Of a stretch of 64,000 nt of DNA, positions 1 to 9,746 are shown one piece after another (within the stretch, counting starts at the first letter, position 1; the number at the start of each line of letters is the position of its first letter). The position numbers were made by a program, and so were the translations under genes. The notes under the pieces were generated by a model. The model worked only from the letters and a program-made list of their open reading frames with translations, had not been told where the DNA came from and ran no database searches. This stretch comes from Cyanobacteria bacterium P01_A01_bin.123 (lineage in GTDB: Bacteria; Cyanobacteriota; Cyanobacteriia; Phormidesmidales; Phormidesmidaceae). The DNA is taken from positions 32,001 to 96,000 of the forward strand of contig JBCBZT010000020.1 in the NCBI GenBank assembly GCA_039815185.1, in the 5' to 3' direction.

Positions 1-355
1 AGGCAACATTAATAATCGAAACCGAATTGAAGGTGGCACTGGTGAAGTCGTCCAGTCCTTGGAGACTTTTAATTTGGTCTTCTATTTTGTCAGTCACCTG
101 ATTTTCAATCGTTTCTGCATCTGTGCCACCCCAGGTGGTGGTGATCATGGCACGGGCAATTCTAATATCAGGATCGCCTTCTTTCACCATGGACAGATAG
201 CCCATCAAGCCACCCATCAACAACAGGAAGCACAGCAGGATGGCAAAAATCTGGCGGGTAAAAAAGAACGTCATCCAAGCAGGCGTCTGACGGTCATCGA
301 CGTCAGTCGCGACCCCAGGCGATATTCCTGGGGTCGCGCGATCTTCAGTTTTCAC
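1..355 (-). CDS. RND efflux transporter permease subunit (AcrB/AcrD/AcrF family), 5' part only, runs off window start
   Basis: Manual translation from GTG at 355, overlapping the adaptor stop (GTGA): MKTEDRAT...FFTRQIFAILLCFLLLMGGLMGYLSMVKEGDPDIRIARAMITTTWGGTDAETIENQVTDKIEDQIKSLQGLDDFTS, the AcrB-type N-terminal TM1/porter pattern. Not in the ORF track. Confidence 0.9.
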   Translation of the reverse strand, partial: MKTEDRATPGISPGVATDVDDRQTPAWMTFFFTRQIFAILLCFLLLMGGLMGYLSMVKEGDPDIRIARAMITTTWGGTDAETIENQVTDKIEDQIKSLQGLDDFTSATFNSVSIINVA

Positions 356-1872
356 TGGTCAGCCTCCCGATTGCCCTGCTCTTGATTGACAATTTCAACG
401 GGTGTGCCATCAACAAGGCGATTTTGCCCCTCGACCACCACCAGTTCACCGGGTTCAACCCCTGACAAAATTTCCACTCCCGACAAACCTTCGATGCCTC
501 GGGTGACGCGGCGACGTTGCACTGTGCCATCGGCCTGGTTAACAACAAAGGCATAAAATTGCTGATCTCTGGCAACTAAAGCACCTAAAGGAAGCACAAC
601 CGTATCCGTTTGAACCGCAGTTTCAATCCAGACATAGGTTTGTCCGCCTACTTTCAGATTGCGCACCTGCTGAAAGTCTCGAATGGCGACTTCAATGCCT
701 CGTCCCCCCGGTGTTTGGGATGGACTAACGGCAAAGACAACGCCTTCACTCCCGCGTTGTTGCGCGATACTGAGTAAGTCTTGACGGTTAGCGCCGGTGG
801 CTTGGGCCGCGCTAACCTCTTCTTCCAAGACAACATAAGCCCGCTGTCCGGCGCGAATTTCCCCAGCGGCATCAGCCTGAATTTCTAACTCCACCTCAAA
901 TGATTGGGGATTCATAACCACAATGGGAGCGGTTTCAATCGCGCTCTGGGCGCTGCTTCTATCCAAATATTGGGGATCCCAATATTCGCCCTCGCGGATG
1001 TTGATGTAAGCCACAATGCCGTCAATGGGCGAGACCAGTTGCGTATCTTCCAAATCAACGGCCACTTCGTTCAACCGGGCCTGGGATGATGTAATCGTGG
1101 CTTCAGCGGAGCGGATGCCTTCTTCAGCGGAGCGGACATCCTGGCGAGCTGTTTTGACGGCAGCTTCAGCTTGAGCAACTTGGTTTTGATAAACATCGCG
1201 ATCGCTCTCTGCAACCGCCCCCTGTTCAAACAAGGCTTGGTAGCGTCGCAGCTCAGTTTGGGCCAGGGCCAAGTCAGATTCTGCCTTTTCTAAATTTGCC
1301 TGAGCCTGGAGCAACGTGGCGGCGGATTGATTCCGCTGATTTTCTGAAATCTGGATATCGGCGGCGGCGGTTTCAAGACTAGAGTTTTGCCGACGGGAAT
1401 CGATCGTAGCCAGGAGCTGCCCTTGGGCAACCACATCGCCTTCCCTCAGATCTACATCGCTCACTTTTGTGACATAGGTAACATCGCCGCTCGCCTGGAA
1501 GTTGAGTACCCGCCGCTGCACTGGCCAAGCCGTGCCCTCATCAAATACCCATCCCGCCACTGAACCTGTTGGGGCTTGAATCACGCTTACCGGGAGTCGG
1601 GCCTGAGCGCGCGTTGTTTCAGTCGTTTCGAGACCCGGTGATGCGATCAGCCGAGTGTAAATTCTCCAACCGACAAAGCTCGTGACCATTAGCATGGCCA
1701 GGACAGTCGCTGGCCATAGGGGTCTTTTGGGCTTGTGAAAACTCGGCAGGGCAGGACGGTTAGCGGCAACTGGCTCAACGGTTTGGTCTTCAGCAGCATC
1801 AGCTTCCGTTGGTGAAACCGCTGAGGGCTCTGACTCAAAGGGGTGATCAGAGCTGAGGTGCTCAGAAGTCAT
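352..1872 (-). CDS. RND efflux periplasmic adaptor (membrane fusion protein, HlyD/AcrA family)
   Basis: N-terminal TM, lipoyl-like halves (LREGDVVAQGQLLATID; SPIDGIV), long coiled coil, C-terminal 'VEILSGVEPGELVVVEGQNRLVDG'; coupled to the permease. Confidence 0.93.
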   Translation of the reverse strand: MTSEHLSSDHPFESEPSAVSPTEADAAEDQTVEPVAANRPALPSFHKPKRPLWPATVLAMLMVTSFVGWRIYTRLIASPGLETTETTRAQARLPVSVIQAPTGSVAGWVFDEGTAWPVQRRVLNFQASGDVTYVTKVSDVDLREGDVVAQGQLLATIDSRRQNSSLETAAADIQISENQRNQSAATLLQAQANLEKAESDLALAQTELRRYQALFEQGAVAESDRDVYQNQVAQAEAAVKTARQDVRSAEEGIRSAEATITSSQARLNEVAVDLEDTQLVSPIDGIVAYINIREGEYWDPQYLDRSSAQSAIETAPIVVMNPQSFEVELEIQADAAGEIRAGQRAYVVLEEEVSAAQATGANRQDLLSIAQQRGSEGVVFAVSPSQTPGGRGIEVAIRDFQQVRNLKVGGQTYVWIETAVQTDTVVLPLGALVARDQQFYAFVVNQADGTVQRRRVTRGIEGLSGVEILSGVEPGELVVVEGQNRLVDGTPVEIVNQEQGNREADQ

Positions 1873-1902
1873 AGTCGTCTAAAAGGCAAAGTGATATTTC
1901 CA

Positions 1903-1930
1903 AGATTACTAAACGGTTTAGTAATGTCAA
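1903..1930 (-). promoter_or_regulatory. Efflux operon promoter (TTGACA-16-TAATCT) overlapped by a palindromic TetR-type operator ATTACTAAAC-G-GTTTAGTAAT (1905-1925)
   Basis: Perfect 10-bp inverted repeat with 1-nt spacer, lying between minus-strand TTGACA (1930-1925) and TAATCT (1908-1903), in the gap between the adaptor and the divergent TetR gene. Confidence 0.75.
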
Positions 1931-2098
1931 CCGCATGGTTTAATAAAATGAGCAGGCTGTAAGGGGACTAAATACGGTTTTCAACTTGCTATCTGTATGA
2001 ATGCGCTCAATGCTAATGAGGCTTGGAGAGTGATAAGCTTTAGCTTGCCCGCAACCAGGGCAGCCTGCATTCGGCACTCGGATTGAGTACCAGACTTT

Positions 2099-2740
2099 AT
2101 GGAATCGACGCACGTGACGCTTTCAACTCAATCAAAGCCAGTTGATCCGCTTAATGACAAAGCGAAGGCGATCTTATCGGGTGCTTTGCAGGTGTTTACC
2201 ACCCAAGGGTACGCGGCTGCCAGTATGGATCGGATTGCATCGGCAGCTGGTGTGTCTAAACCAACGCTGTATCGTTATTTTCAAGACAAAGAGACGTTAT
2301 TTGTCACCTTGATTCAGCAGAGCATGCAAAAAAACCGCCAGTTGCTTTTCAATTTGCAGACTGCACCTGATTTACAACATGCGCCTGATAACGTTTTGCG
2401 TCAATTGGCCACTTCGGTGCTGGAAGAGTTTTCTCGTAATCAACCGCTTTCAACATTGATGCGATTGATCATTGGCGAGTCTGAGCGGTTTCCTGAATTA
2501 GCCCGGACTTTTGTGCGCGAAATCCAAAAGCCTTTACTTGAAGATCTCTCGGGTTATCTGGCTGCTCAAACTCAGCTGCAATTGCCTGATCCGATGGTTG
2601 CAGCCCGAATTTTTTCAGGGTCTATCGTGCATTACCTGATTGTGCAGGAGATCATGCACGGCAAGGATATTTTGCCTCTAGAGCGCGATCGCATGATCGA
2701 TGGCCTGATTCACCTAATAATGGCTGCGGGGAAAACATAG
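2099..2740 (+). CDS. TetR/AcrR family transcriptional regulator
   Basis: HTH 'ILSGALQVFTTQGYAAASMDRIASAAGVSKPTLYRYFQDKETLF'; C-terminal 'RLIIGESERFPELAR'; divergent from RND genes. Confidence 0.95.
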   Translation: MESTHVTLSTQSKPVDPLNDKAKAILSGALQVFTTQGYAAASMDRIASAAGVSKPTLYRYFQDKETLFVTLIQQSMQKNRQLLFNLQTAPDLQHAPDNVLRQLATSVLEEFSRNQPLSTLMRLIIGESERFPELARTFVREIQKPLLEDLSGYLAAQTQLQLPDPMVAARIFSGSIVHYLIVQEIMHGKDILPLERDRMIDGLIHLIMAAGKT

Positions 2741-2756
2741 AAGCTTTGGGCCTCCC

Positions 2757-4286
2757 TCACGATTCCGCAATTTTTGCCCGACTATTATCTGCCGGACTAT
2801 CCACCCAAGGAATATCAACCTTAAAAGTTGTGCCAATGCCGACCTGGCTATCGACCTCAATCGTGCCGCCATGAAGATCCAGACACTTCTTGACCACCGC
2901 TAATCCTAGCCCTGTCCCTGAGACTGTTTGCACATTTTGCCCCCGGTGAAAGGAGTCAAACAGATGTTGCTGATCTGCTGGGGGGATACCAATACCTTGA
3001 TCGCTGATCTGGAAGCGCGTGTGACCATGCTCCCCCCAAATCGACAACTGGATTTCACTTTCTTGGGGTGAATATTTAATCGCGTTCGTCAAGAGACCCA
3101 TCAACAGTGCACGTAAAATTTTTTCGTCTAAATGAGCGTATTCACACTCCCCTTGATGGCTTACAGGAATGGACTGTTGGGCTTGGGTATTAAACTTGAC
3201 TTCTTCAATCAGACGGTTGCAAAAGTCTTGCAGGTCGATCTTTTGAGGATTAAATTCCAACTTACCTGCCTCAGCCCGAGTTAACAGCAAGATGTCAGCT
3301 AATAGTTGGGTCATAGTCTTAGCCGATGATTGAATGCGTCTGAGATTACGCGATCGCTTTGCTTCTGACCATTCAGCCTTCGGATTATCCAGTAATTGGG
3401 CCGACACTAAAATTGCACTCAAAGGGGTTCTCAATTCATGGGAAGCTAGGGAAAAGAAATTTAGTTTTAAGTCGGTAATCTCTTTAGCTTCCTCAATTTC
3501 TTTAACCGTGGTTTCAATAGCTTGACGCTGACCTAATGCCTTATTCAAGGCTGCTTTTGCACTCTGTAGATCAACTGTTTTAGTCTGGAGATTTTGGATG
3601 ATAGCCTGATTTTTGCGCTGCAGCTCGATTACCACCTGTTCCTGCCGTCTCAGCGTTTGCAGTAACCAGCCATACAACACACTAAGGGTAATAATGCCGG
3701 TTCCAACTGCCACACCTGTGAACCAAAATGCGTTATTGATACTAACTGTGGTATCAGCAATATCCCATTGTTGTTCGATGCTACCTTCATCTAGAAGTGA
3801 CTGTAGTGCTTGTTGAATGATAAGTTTTGATTCGCTCATCTCTCGAATAATTTCTAGCTGAGCAGACGGATCAGACAATCCCGTTTCTTTCAGCTCGATC
3901 CCTAGTTCCAAAAGATCGATGTGCGCTTCAACCGCCATCTCTAGTCCTTCTAAAGCCTCCCGGTATGTGGCGTCTCCTTCAAGCGCTTCATATTCCTCAG
4001 AAAAGTCTGTGAGGTAAATATCAATAATTTCTAGCTGTTCGTAATAGCCCTCCAAAGCCTCTTCTTGACCGCGCTCAAGATAGTTTTTTTGGTTGACTTC
4101 AGCCTCTGCGATCGTGACGAGCAACTCATTCAAGTAAGTGTAACCATCGCGCTCGTCCTCACTCCACTCCATGGGAAAAAATCGATGCACAATTGCCTGA
4201 CGGGCTATCATGGCGGTGCCTAGCAACGTGATCAGCGCAACCCCAAAACCTACGGTGAGCCACTGTCGAGTGCGGGAAAAATTCAT
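2757..4286 (-). CDS. Membrane sensor histidine kinase with acidic periplasmic helical (CHASE3-like) domain
   Basis: Two TM segments, H-box 'ASHELRTPL', N-box 'LLTNAIKYS', G-boxes 'DQGIGIP' and 'GTGLGL'. Confidence 0.93.
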   Translation of the reverse strand: MNFSRTRQWLTVGFGVALITLLGTAMIARQAIVHRFFPMEWSEDERDGYTYLNELLVTIAEAEVNQKNYLERGQEEALEGYYEQLEIIDIYLTDFSEEYEALEGDATYREALEGLEMAVEAHIDLLELGIELKETGLSDPSAQLEIIREMSESKLIIQQALQSLLDEGSIEQQWDIADTTVSINNAFWFTGVAVGTGIITLSVLYGWLLQTLRRQEQVVIELQRKNQAIIQNLQTKTVDLQSAKAALNKALGQRQAIETTVKEIEEAKEITDLKLNFFSLASHELRTPLSAILVSAQLLDNPKAEWSEAKRSRNLRRIQSSAKTMTQLLADILLLTRAEAGKLEFNPQKIDLQDFCNRLIEEVKFNTQAQQSIPVSHQGECEYAHLDEKILRALLMGLLTNAIKYSPQESEIQLSIWGEHGHTRFQISDQGIGIPPADQQHLFDSFHRGQNVQTVSGTGLGLAVVKKCLDLHGGTIEVDSQVGIGTTFKVDIPWVDSPADNSRAKIAES

Positions 4287-4364
4287 TGGATAGACGTTTA
4301 CTGAAGTTTGCCCTAGGCATCCACCATAATCTAGTTCGCCAGCAGTATCTTCAAAAAATTACCT

Positions 4365-5042
4365 ATGCGCATTCTTTTAGTCGAAGATGACCCGCAGCTT
4401 GGTGAAGGGCTGGTAGAGGCATTGACCGATGAAGGCTACGTGGTGGACTGGGTCAAGGATGGCGAAATGGGCTGGATTCAGGCGATTGATCTCAGCTATG
4501 ACCTGATTGTACTGGATGTCATGTTGCCTAAAATCAACGGCATTCACCTCTGTCAGCGACTGCGGGATGCAGGCAAACGGGTGCCGATTCTGATGTTGAC
4601 GGCCCGTGATACCAATCTGGATAAAGTGGTGGGGCTGGATGCCGGCGCTGATGATTACATGGTCAAGCCTTTTGACTTGATGGAGTTGTTAGCCCGTTTA
4701 CGAGCCTTGCTCCGTCGTAGCACGCTTGGGGAAGGTGACACGCTGTTGCTCTGGGAGAGTGTCAAACTTGATCCGGCAACCCATGAGGTGTTTTATGATG
4801 GCGCACCCTTGCGATTGACCCCCAAGGAATTTAGCCTGCTAGAACTGTTTCTGCGCAGTGGTCGACGCATCTTAAGTCGGTCTGTGTTGATCGATCAGTG
4901 TTGGTCAATGGAGGCTCCACCTGATGATGAGACGGTCAAATCTCACCTCAAAAGCCTGCGCCAAAAGTTGCGAAAGGCAGGTGCTCCCTCAGATCTGATT
5001 GAAACGGTGCATGGGGTGGGTTATCGGCTTAAACAGATGTAA
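4365..5042 (+). CDS. OmpR/PhoB family response regulator
   Basis: 'MRILLVEDD', 'LDVMLP', 'GADDYMVKPF', winged-helix end 'IETVHGVGYRL'; divergent from the kinase. Confidence 0.96.
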   Translation: MRILLVEDDPQLGEGLVEALTDEGYVVDWVKDGEMGWIQAIDLSYDLIVLDVMLPKINGIHLCQRLRDAGKRVPILMLTARDTNLDKVVGLDAGADDYMVKPFDLMELLARLRALLRRSTLGEGDTLLLWESVKLDPATHEVFYDGAPLRLTPKEFSLLELFLRSGRRILSRSVLIDQCWSMEAPPDDETVKSHLKSLRQKLRKAGAPSDLIETVHGVGYRLKQM

Positions 5043-5045
5043 CCG

Positions 5046-5078
5046 ATTTCTGCCCGATTTCTACCCAAATTCTCTCCA
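5046..5078 (+). promoter_or_regulatory. Three 11-bp-period direct repeats (putative OmpR-family box), copy 1
   Basis: ATTTCTGCCCG-ATTTCTACCCA-AATTCTCTCCA; a matching array occurs at 5819-5851. Confidence 0.6.
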
Positions 5079-5134
5079 ATCCGATTCCTATAGTGGGTTG
5101 CAGTGTCAACCAATATAGGAATCGTTTGAAGACT

Positions 5135-5785
5135 ATGCAACTTAAACTGACAGCAGTTTTGCTAGGCGCGATCGCCCTCGTGGCCGTTCCGGTCATTACC
5201 CATGGGCAATCGACACCAGAGATGGAATGCCCAGATGAGTTTGATGGAATTATACTCAGCGATCGCCAAAAATCACAACTGCAACAGTTAGAAATACGTT
5301 TGGACAATAGCATTGACGAGATTATCCCCATATCCGCTGAGAGTGAAGCAAAAATTGAAGCATTAGAGGAAAACTTCGATCGCCAGATTGAAGCAATTCC
5401 CTCCGCTCAACAGCAACAACAAATCGAGGCACTCGATCGCTGGGCAGAAGAACAAATCGCAGCCATTGCTCCGGCATTGCTTGAAGATGACGAGGATGAC
5501 GTCATGCTCACGCCCCAGCAGGAGTCACAGTTAGAGGCATTAGAAGAAGACTATGAACAGCGCTTTGGGACTATCCTCACTGCTGAGCAACAGCAACGAA
5601 TTGAGGCCCTTGAAGTGCAACTGGATGAGGCAATAGAGGCAGAATTACCTCAACCCACTGAGGAACAAGAAACAAGAATTGAAGCTGTTGAGGAAGAGTT
5701 TGAACAGCGTGTTATGCAAATTCTGACGGCTGATCAACGCCAGCAGTTGCAACGTAATCTAGCTTGCGACGAATCCGAAATCTAA
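5135..5785 (+). CDS. Secreted acidic LTxxQ-repeat protein (Spy/CpxP-like)
   Basis: Signal peptide from ATG 5135 (MQLKLTAVLLGAIALVAVPVITHG); repeated LSDRQ/LTPQQ/LTAEQ/LTADQ motifs. ORF track start 5093 is probably too early. Confidence 0.75.
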   Translation: MQLKLTAVLLGAIALVAVPVITHGQSTPEMECPDEFDGIILSDRQKSQLQQLEIRLDNSIDEIIPISAESEAKIEALEENFDRQIEAIPSAQQQQQIEALDRWAEEQIAAIAPALLEDDEDDVMLTPQQESQLEALEEDYEQRFGTILTAEQQQRIEALEVQLDEAIEAELPQPTEEQETRIEAVEEEFEQRVMQILTADQRQQLQRNLACDESEI

Positions 5786-5818
5786 AAAACAAGGGACATG
5801 GGTTGGGTTGGCTCACCA

Positions 5819-5851
5819 ATTTCTGCCCGAATTCCTTCCGAGATTTCTCCA
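5819..5851 (+). promoter_or_regulatory. Three 11-bp-period direct repeats (putative OmpR-family box), copy 2
   Basis: ATTTCTGCCCG-AATTCCTTCCG-AGATTTCTCCA upstream of the DUF1800 gene; the first unit is identical to that of copy 1. Confidence 0.6.
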
Positions 5852-5893
5852 AACCACTACTTGACGTGAACCTGTCGGAGCAGAGATTACCGT

Positions 5894-7561
5894 ATGAGAC
5901 GTCGCCAACTACTGAATACAATGGCTGCGATCGCAGCCGTTAGCCTGTCTCAAACCACAAAAAACCGGGCTGCCCAGGCTCAAACGACCACACCCACCCA
6001 TGCCTTTGAACATCTTGCACTCAATCGCATGGGGTTTGGGCCACGACCGGGAGATATTGAGCGGGTCAAGGCGATGGGGTTTGAAGCCTACGTGGCGGAG
6101 CAGCTAAATCCCAGCGATCGCGGTGACGACGATTGCCAACAGCGCTTGAGCGCAGCCGAATTGCCCAGACGACTCTGGGATGATGACGTGTCAGGGGGTA
6201 CTGGTCAAAGACTCACTAGCCTTGACAAGCCCTTGTCAGAGCTTTGGCAATTGTTCATCGAAGCAGACGTTGAAGACGAGATTTGGATTCGTCCCATTGT
6301 GGAAGTGACTGCCGCCACCTGGATTCGAGCCATCTACAGCCGTTGGCAGCTGCAAGAAGTCCTGGTCGACTTTTGGCATAACCACTTCAACGTCAACGCC
6401 TACAGCGACAACCTACCCATTGCCGTCACTTGGCCCTTCTACGATCGCACCATGCGTCAAAACTGTCTGGGTAACTTTCGGGAGTTCCTTGAAGCCGTGG
6501 CCCAAAGCCAACCGATGCTGTACTACCTAGACAATGTCATCAGTCTTGCCAGCCCTGCGAATGAAAACTATGCCCGGGAGCTGTTTGAGCTACACACCCT
6601 AGGCGCCGACAGCTACCTAAACGATCAATACCAGAGCCCACGAGACGTACCCAAGCTGGCCTCCGGTGAACCCGCTGGGTTTATTGATGAAGACATCTAT
6701 GAAGCCGCGCGAGCGTTTACAGGATGGACTGTTGCCAATGGAGAAGAAGTCGGCGACGAAGAATTTCTACCCAACACCGGAGCCTTTCACTATCAGGAAA
6801 GCTGGCATGACCCCTATCGGAAAATCGTTCTGGGTCATGAATTTCCCCCCAATCAGCCCCCCCTGGCAGATGGGCGCAAAGTACTTGACCTGCTGGCCTA
6901 TCACCCTGGTACCGCCCGTCATCTCTGCACCAAGCTATGTCGTCGGTTAGTGGGGGATGATCCGCCCCAAACTGTAGTGGAGAAGGCGATCGCCACCTGG
7001 ACGGAAAACCAGCGCCACCCCAATCAAATTCAGCACACCGTGCATACCATTCTGCTGTCCCCTGAATTTCGCAACGCCTATCAGCAGAAGGTCAAGCGCC
7101 CCTTTGAGCTGCTCGTGTCTTATCTGAGAGCTACAGCGGCAGAGGTTTCCCCATCTCTGGATTTATTCTGGGCCACAGAATCGGCAGGGCAGATGTTGTT
7201 TGGCTGGCCCGCTCCCAATGGTCATCCTGACACTGCCCAGCACTGGCTTAGCACCAATACCCTGATGAGCAGTTGGCATGCGCTAACTGCCTTAACCGAA
7301 GATGAATTGCCCACAGTCACCTTCGATTGGATTGGGCAAATGCCCCAGTCTCTAAATACGCCCAGACAAGTTGTGGACTACTGGGCTAACCGCCTGATTG
7401 GCCAACCGTTGCCTGAGCCTAGCACCCGTGCCCTGATGGCATTCATTGCACCGGAACAGGCTACCGACCAGCCCTTTGAAGCCAATCGAGCGGAGCTGAC
7501 TGAGCGCTTGACTCAGTTGGTGACACTCATTGCAATGTCCCCCGAGTTCCAATGGCGATAG
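5894..7561 (+). CDS. DUF1800 family protein, Tat-exported
   Basis: Twin-arginine signal MRRRQLL; 'LNRMGFGPRPG', 'DFWHNHFNV', 'NENYARELFELHTLG', end 'SPEFQWR'. Confidence 0.92.
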   Translation: MRRRQLLNTMAAIAAVSLSQTTKNRAAQAQTTTPTHAFEHLALNRMGFGPRPGDIERVKAMGFEAYVAEQLNPSDRGDDDCQQRLSAAELPRRLWDDDVSGGTGQRLTSLDKPLSELWQLFIEADVEDEIWIRPIVEVTAATWIRAIYSRWQLQEVLVDFWHNHFNVNAYSDNLPIAVTWPFYDRTMRQNCLGNFREFLEAVAQSQPMLYYLDNVISLASPANENYARELFELHTLGADSYLNDQYQSPRDVPKLASGEPAGFIDEDIYEAARAFTGWTVANGEEVGDEEFLPNTGAFHYQESWHDPYRKIVLGHEFPPNQPPLADGRKVLDLLAYHPGTARHLCTKLCRRLVGDDPPQTVVEKAIATWTENQRHPNQIQHTVHTILLSPEFRNAYQQKVKRPFELLVSYLRATAAEVSPSLDLFWATESAGQMLFGWPAPNGHPDTAQHWLSTNTLMSSWHALTALTEDELPTVTFDWIGQMPQSLNTPRQVVDYWANRLIGQPLPEPSTRALMAFIAPEQATDQPFEANRAELTERLTQLVTLIAMSPEFQWR

Positions 7562-7572
7562 GAAAAAGAAAG

Positions 7573-8853
7573 ATGAAATTGACTCGACGCATGTGTTTAT
7601 TGGCAGGCGCTGGTGTCCTAGGAACCACGGCGATTCGCCCCATCAATCGCGCTATCTTGGGGGCCCCTTCTCCTGCCTCAAGTTCCAGCCGCTGGGTTAC
7701 GGGTGCTAACCCTGACCCAGAATTGTTGGTTATCGTGTTCCTGCGAGGCGGTTGTGATGGGCTCAATTTAGTAGCCCCTGTAGATGATCCGCATTATGTC
7801 GCGGCTAGACCTGCAAATCTGCGGGTACACGATCGGGGGGCAGAGGCTGGGCTGCCCCTCTCAAACCCTCCAGCCGATCTGGATTTCAGGCTGCACTCAG
7901 CAGCCCCAGAACTCAAAGAACTCTATGACAACCACTCTTTAGCAATCGTGCACGCCTGTGGATTAACCCACGGCACCCGCAGCCATTTTGAAGCCCAAGC
8001 CTTGATGGAGCTTGGCACAGCCACTGACAAGGGATTGACGACAGGTTGGTTATCTCGGGCGATCGCCCCTACCGATACCTCAGGCATAATCCCTGCTGTA
8101 GCCCTTTCTCCCAGCTTGCCGATGTCACTGTGGGGAACGACGACGGCGATCTCCATGACGAGCCTTGAAGACTTTGTGCTGCCTGGGGAAGCGGACTACG
8201 CCACTGTGCTCAATCAGCTCTATCAAGGCACCAGCCCAGCCCACGCAGCGGGCAACCGACTGTTAACAGCATTGCAAGCAGTGGACGTTTCAGATTCCCA
8301 ACGAGAGGCTATTCTGGCAGATTTAGAAGCCGTAGAGTCTTACTCAGACGAGTATGCATACGACTTTGGACGCGGGCTACGCACGATCGCTACCCTAGCA
8401 AGGTTAGATGTAGGCTTGCAGGTCGCCACAATTGACTATGACGGTTGGGATACCCATGCCGATCAGGCTTGGGAATTTTCAGAACTGGTGGCCGGGTTGT
8501 CCCAGTCGCTATCGGCTTTTTATCAAGACATCAGCCGCGATCGCAACCGTGTCACAGTCCTGGTAATGACAGAATTTGGCCGACGATTACGGGCTAATGA
8601 AAGCAGTGGCACCGACCATGGATTTGGTAGTGTGATGTTAGCGCTAGGAGAGCATGTAAACGGGGGGCGTATTTTTGGCCAATGGCCAGGTCTAGCCACA
8701 GAGCAGCTAGATCGCGGCGCTGATCTGGCGATTACAACGGACTTTCGTCATGTATTGGGAGAGTATCTGACGAAACGATTGCAGACCCCAAGCTTAAAAG
8801 CCATTTTCCCCGACTTATCAGCCTACGAACCGCCGGATATTTTCAAAGCCTGA
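7573..8853 (+). CDS. DUF1501 family protein, Tat-exported
   Basis: MKLTRR signal; 'VIVFLRGGCDGLN', 'RSHFEAQ', 'GWDTH', 'TEFGRR', 'GTDHG'; canonical partner of DUF1800. Confidence 0.92.
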   Translation: MKLTRRMCLLAGAGVLGTTAIRPINRAILGAPSPASSSSRWVTGANPDPELLVIVFLRGGCDGLNLVAPVDDPHYVAARPANLRVHDRGAEAGLPLSNPPADLDFRLHSAAPELKELYDNHSLAIVHACGLTHGTRSHFEAQALMELGTATDKGLTTGWLSRAIAPTDTSGIIPAVALSPSLPMSLWGTTTAISMTSLEDFVLPGEADYATVLNQLYQGTSPAHAAGNRLLTALQAVDVSDSQREAILADLEAVESYSDEYAYDFGRGLRTIATLARLDVGLQVATIDYDGWDTHADQAWEFSELVAGLSQSLSAFYQDISRDRNRVTVLVMTEFGRRLRANESSGTDHGFGSVMLALGEHVNGGRIFGQWPGLATEQLDRGADLAITTDFRHVLGEYLTKRLQTPSLKAIFPDLSAYEPPDIFKA

Positions 8854-9005
8854 AGTAAAACCGTCTAGCCTATATCAGGTTTGATAAAAAGGTTCCGACC
8901 AGAATTTTCCATCGGTATCAAAATCAAATAGAGGCAGTGTTAAAAAGCCAAAGGGACGGAGTATGATAGTCCAGATTTGCTCAATAGGCTGACTGGGTAG
9001 CACTT

Positions 9006-9662
9006 ATGGCTTTGCAACTGCGGGTTTATGTTCCACCACACCCTTTAATTAAACATTGGCTCGGTGTTTCACGGGATGTGGCCACCCCGTCTGTGCTGTT
9101 TCGCAGCGCCATGACCGAACTAGGGCGATGGTTGACCTACGAGGCTATTCGAGATTGGTTACCCACCTTAGACACCACGGTAGAAACACCCCTAGGGGAA
9201 AGTGCAGCCACGTTTGTCAACCCAGAAGTGCCCGTGGCGATTGTGCCAATTTTGCGGGCAGGGCTAGCCTTGATGGAAGGGGCACAGGCCTTGTTGCCGC
9301 TGGCGTCGGTTTACCACATTGGTTTTGCCCGCAATGAAGAAACCCTAGAGGCGACCTGTTATCTCAATAAACTCCCCGAGCAACTTGCCCCCGAAACCCA
9401 CGTGTTAATTAGTGAACCGATGCTCGCTACCGGAGGCACCATTATGGCTATGATGACGGAATTGACCCAGCGTGGCATTGATCCGGCCCGAGTGCGGATT
9501 ATCTCAGTCGTGACTTCACCCCAAGCATTGCAAAAACTGGCAGCAGCCTACCCCGCCTTGAATATATACGCAGCCACCATTGATGAAGGCTTAAACGAAC
9601 AGGGTTTCATTGTGCCAGGATTAGGGGACGCAGGCGATCGCACTTTTGGCACCGACGATTAA
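9006..9662 (+). CDS. upp: Uracil phosphoribosyltransferase
   Basis: 'HPLIKHWL', 'VPILRAG', 'PMLATGGT', 'IVPGLGDAGDRTFGT'. Confidence 0.97.
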   Translation: MALQLRVYVPPHPLIKHWLGVSRDVATPSVLFRSAMTELGRWLTYEAIRDWLPTLDTTVETPLGESAATFVNPEVPVAIVPILRAGLALMEGAQALLPLASVYHIGFARNEETLEATCYLNKLPEQLAPETHVLISEPMLATGGTIMAMMTELTQRGIDPARVRIISVVTSPQALQKLAAAYPALNIYAATIDEGLNEQGFIVPGLGDAGDRTFGTDD

Positions 9663-9746
9663 AGCTGCTTTACCTGACCCATCCCCCATACAGATGCGAT
9701 GAATCGCGTTTCTGCACATCCACACCACTACTCCCCAAGTACCACC

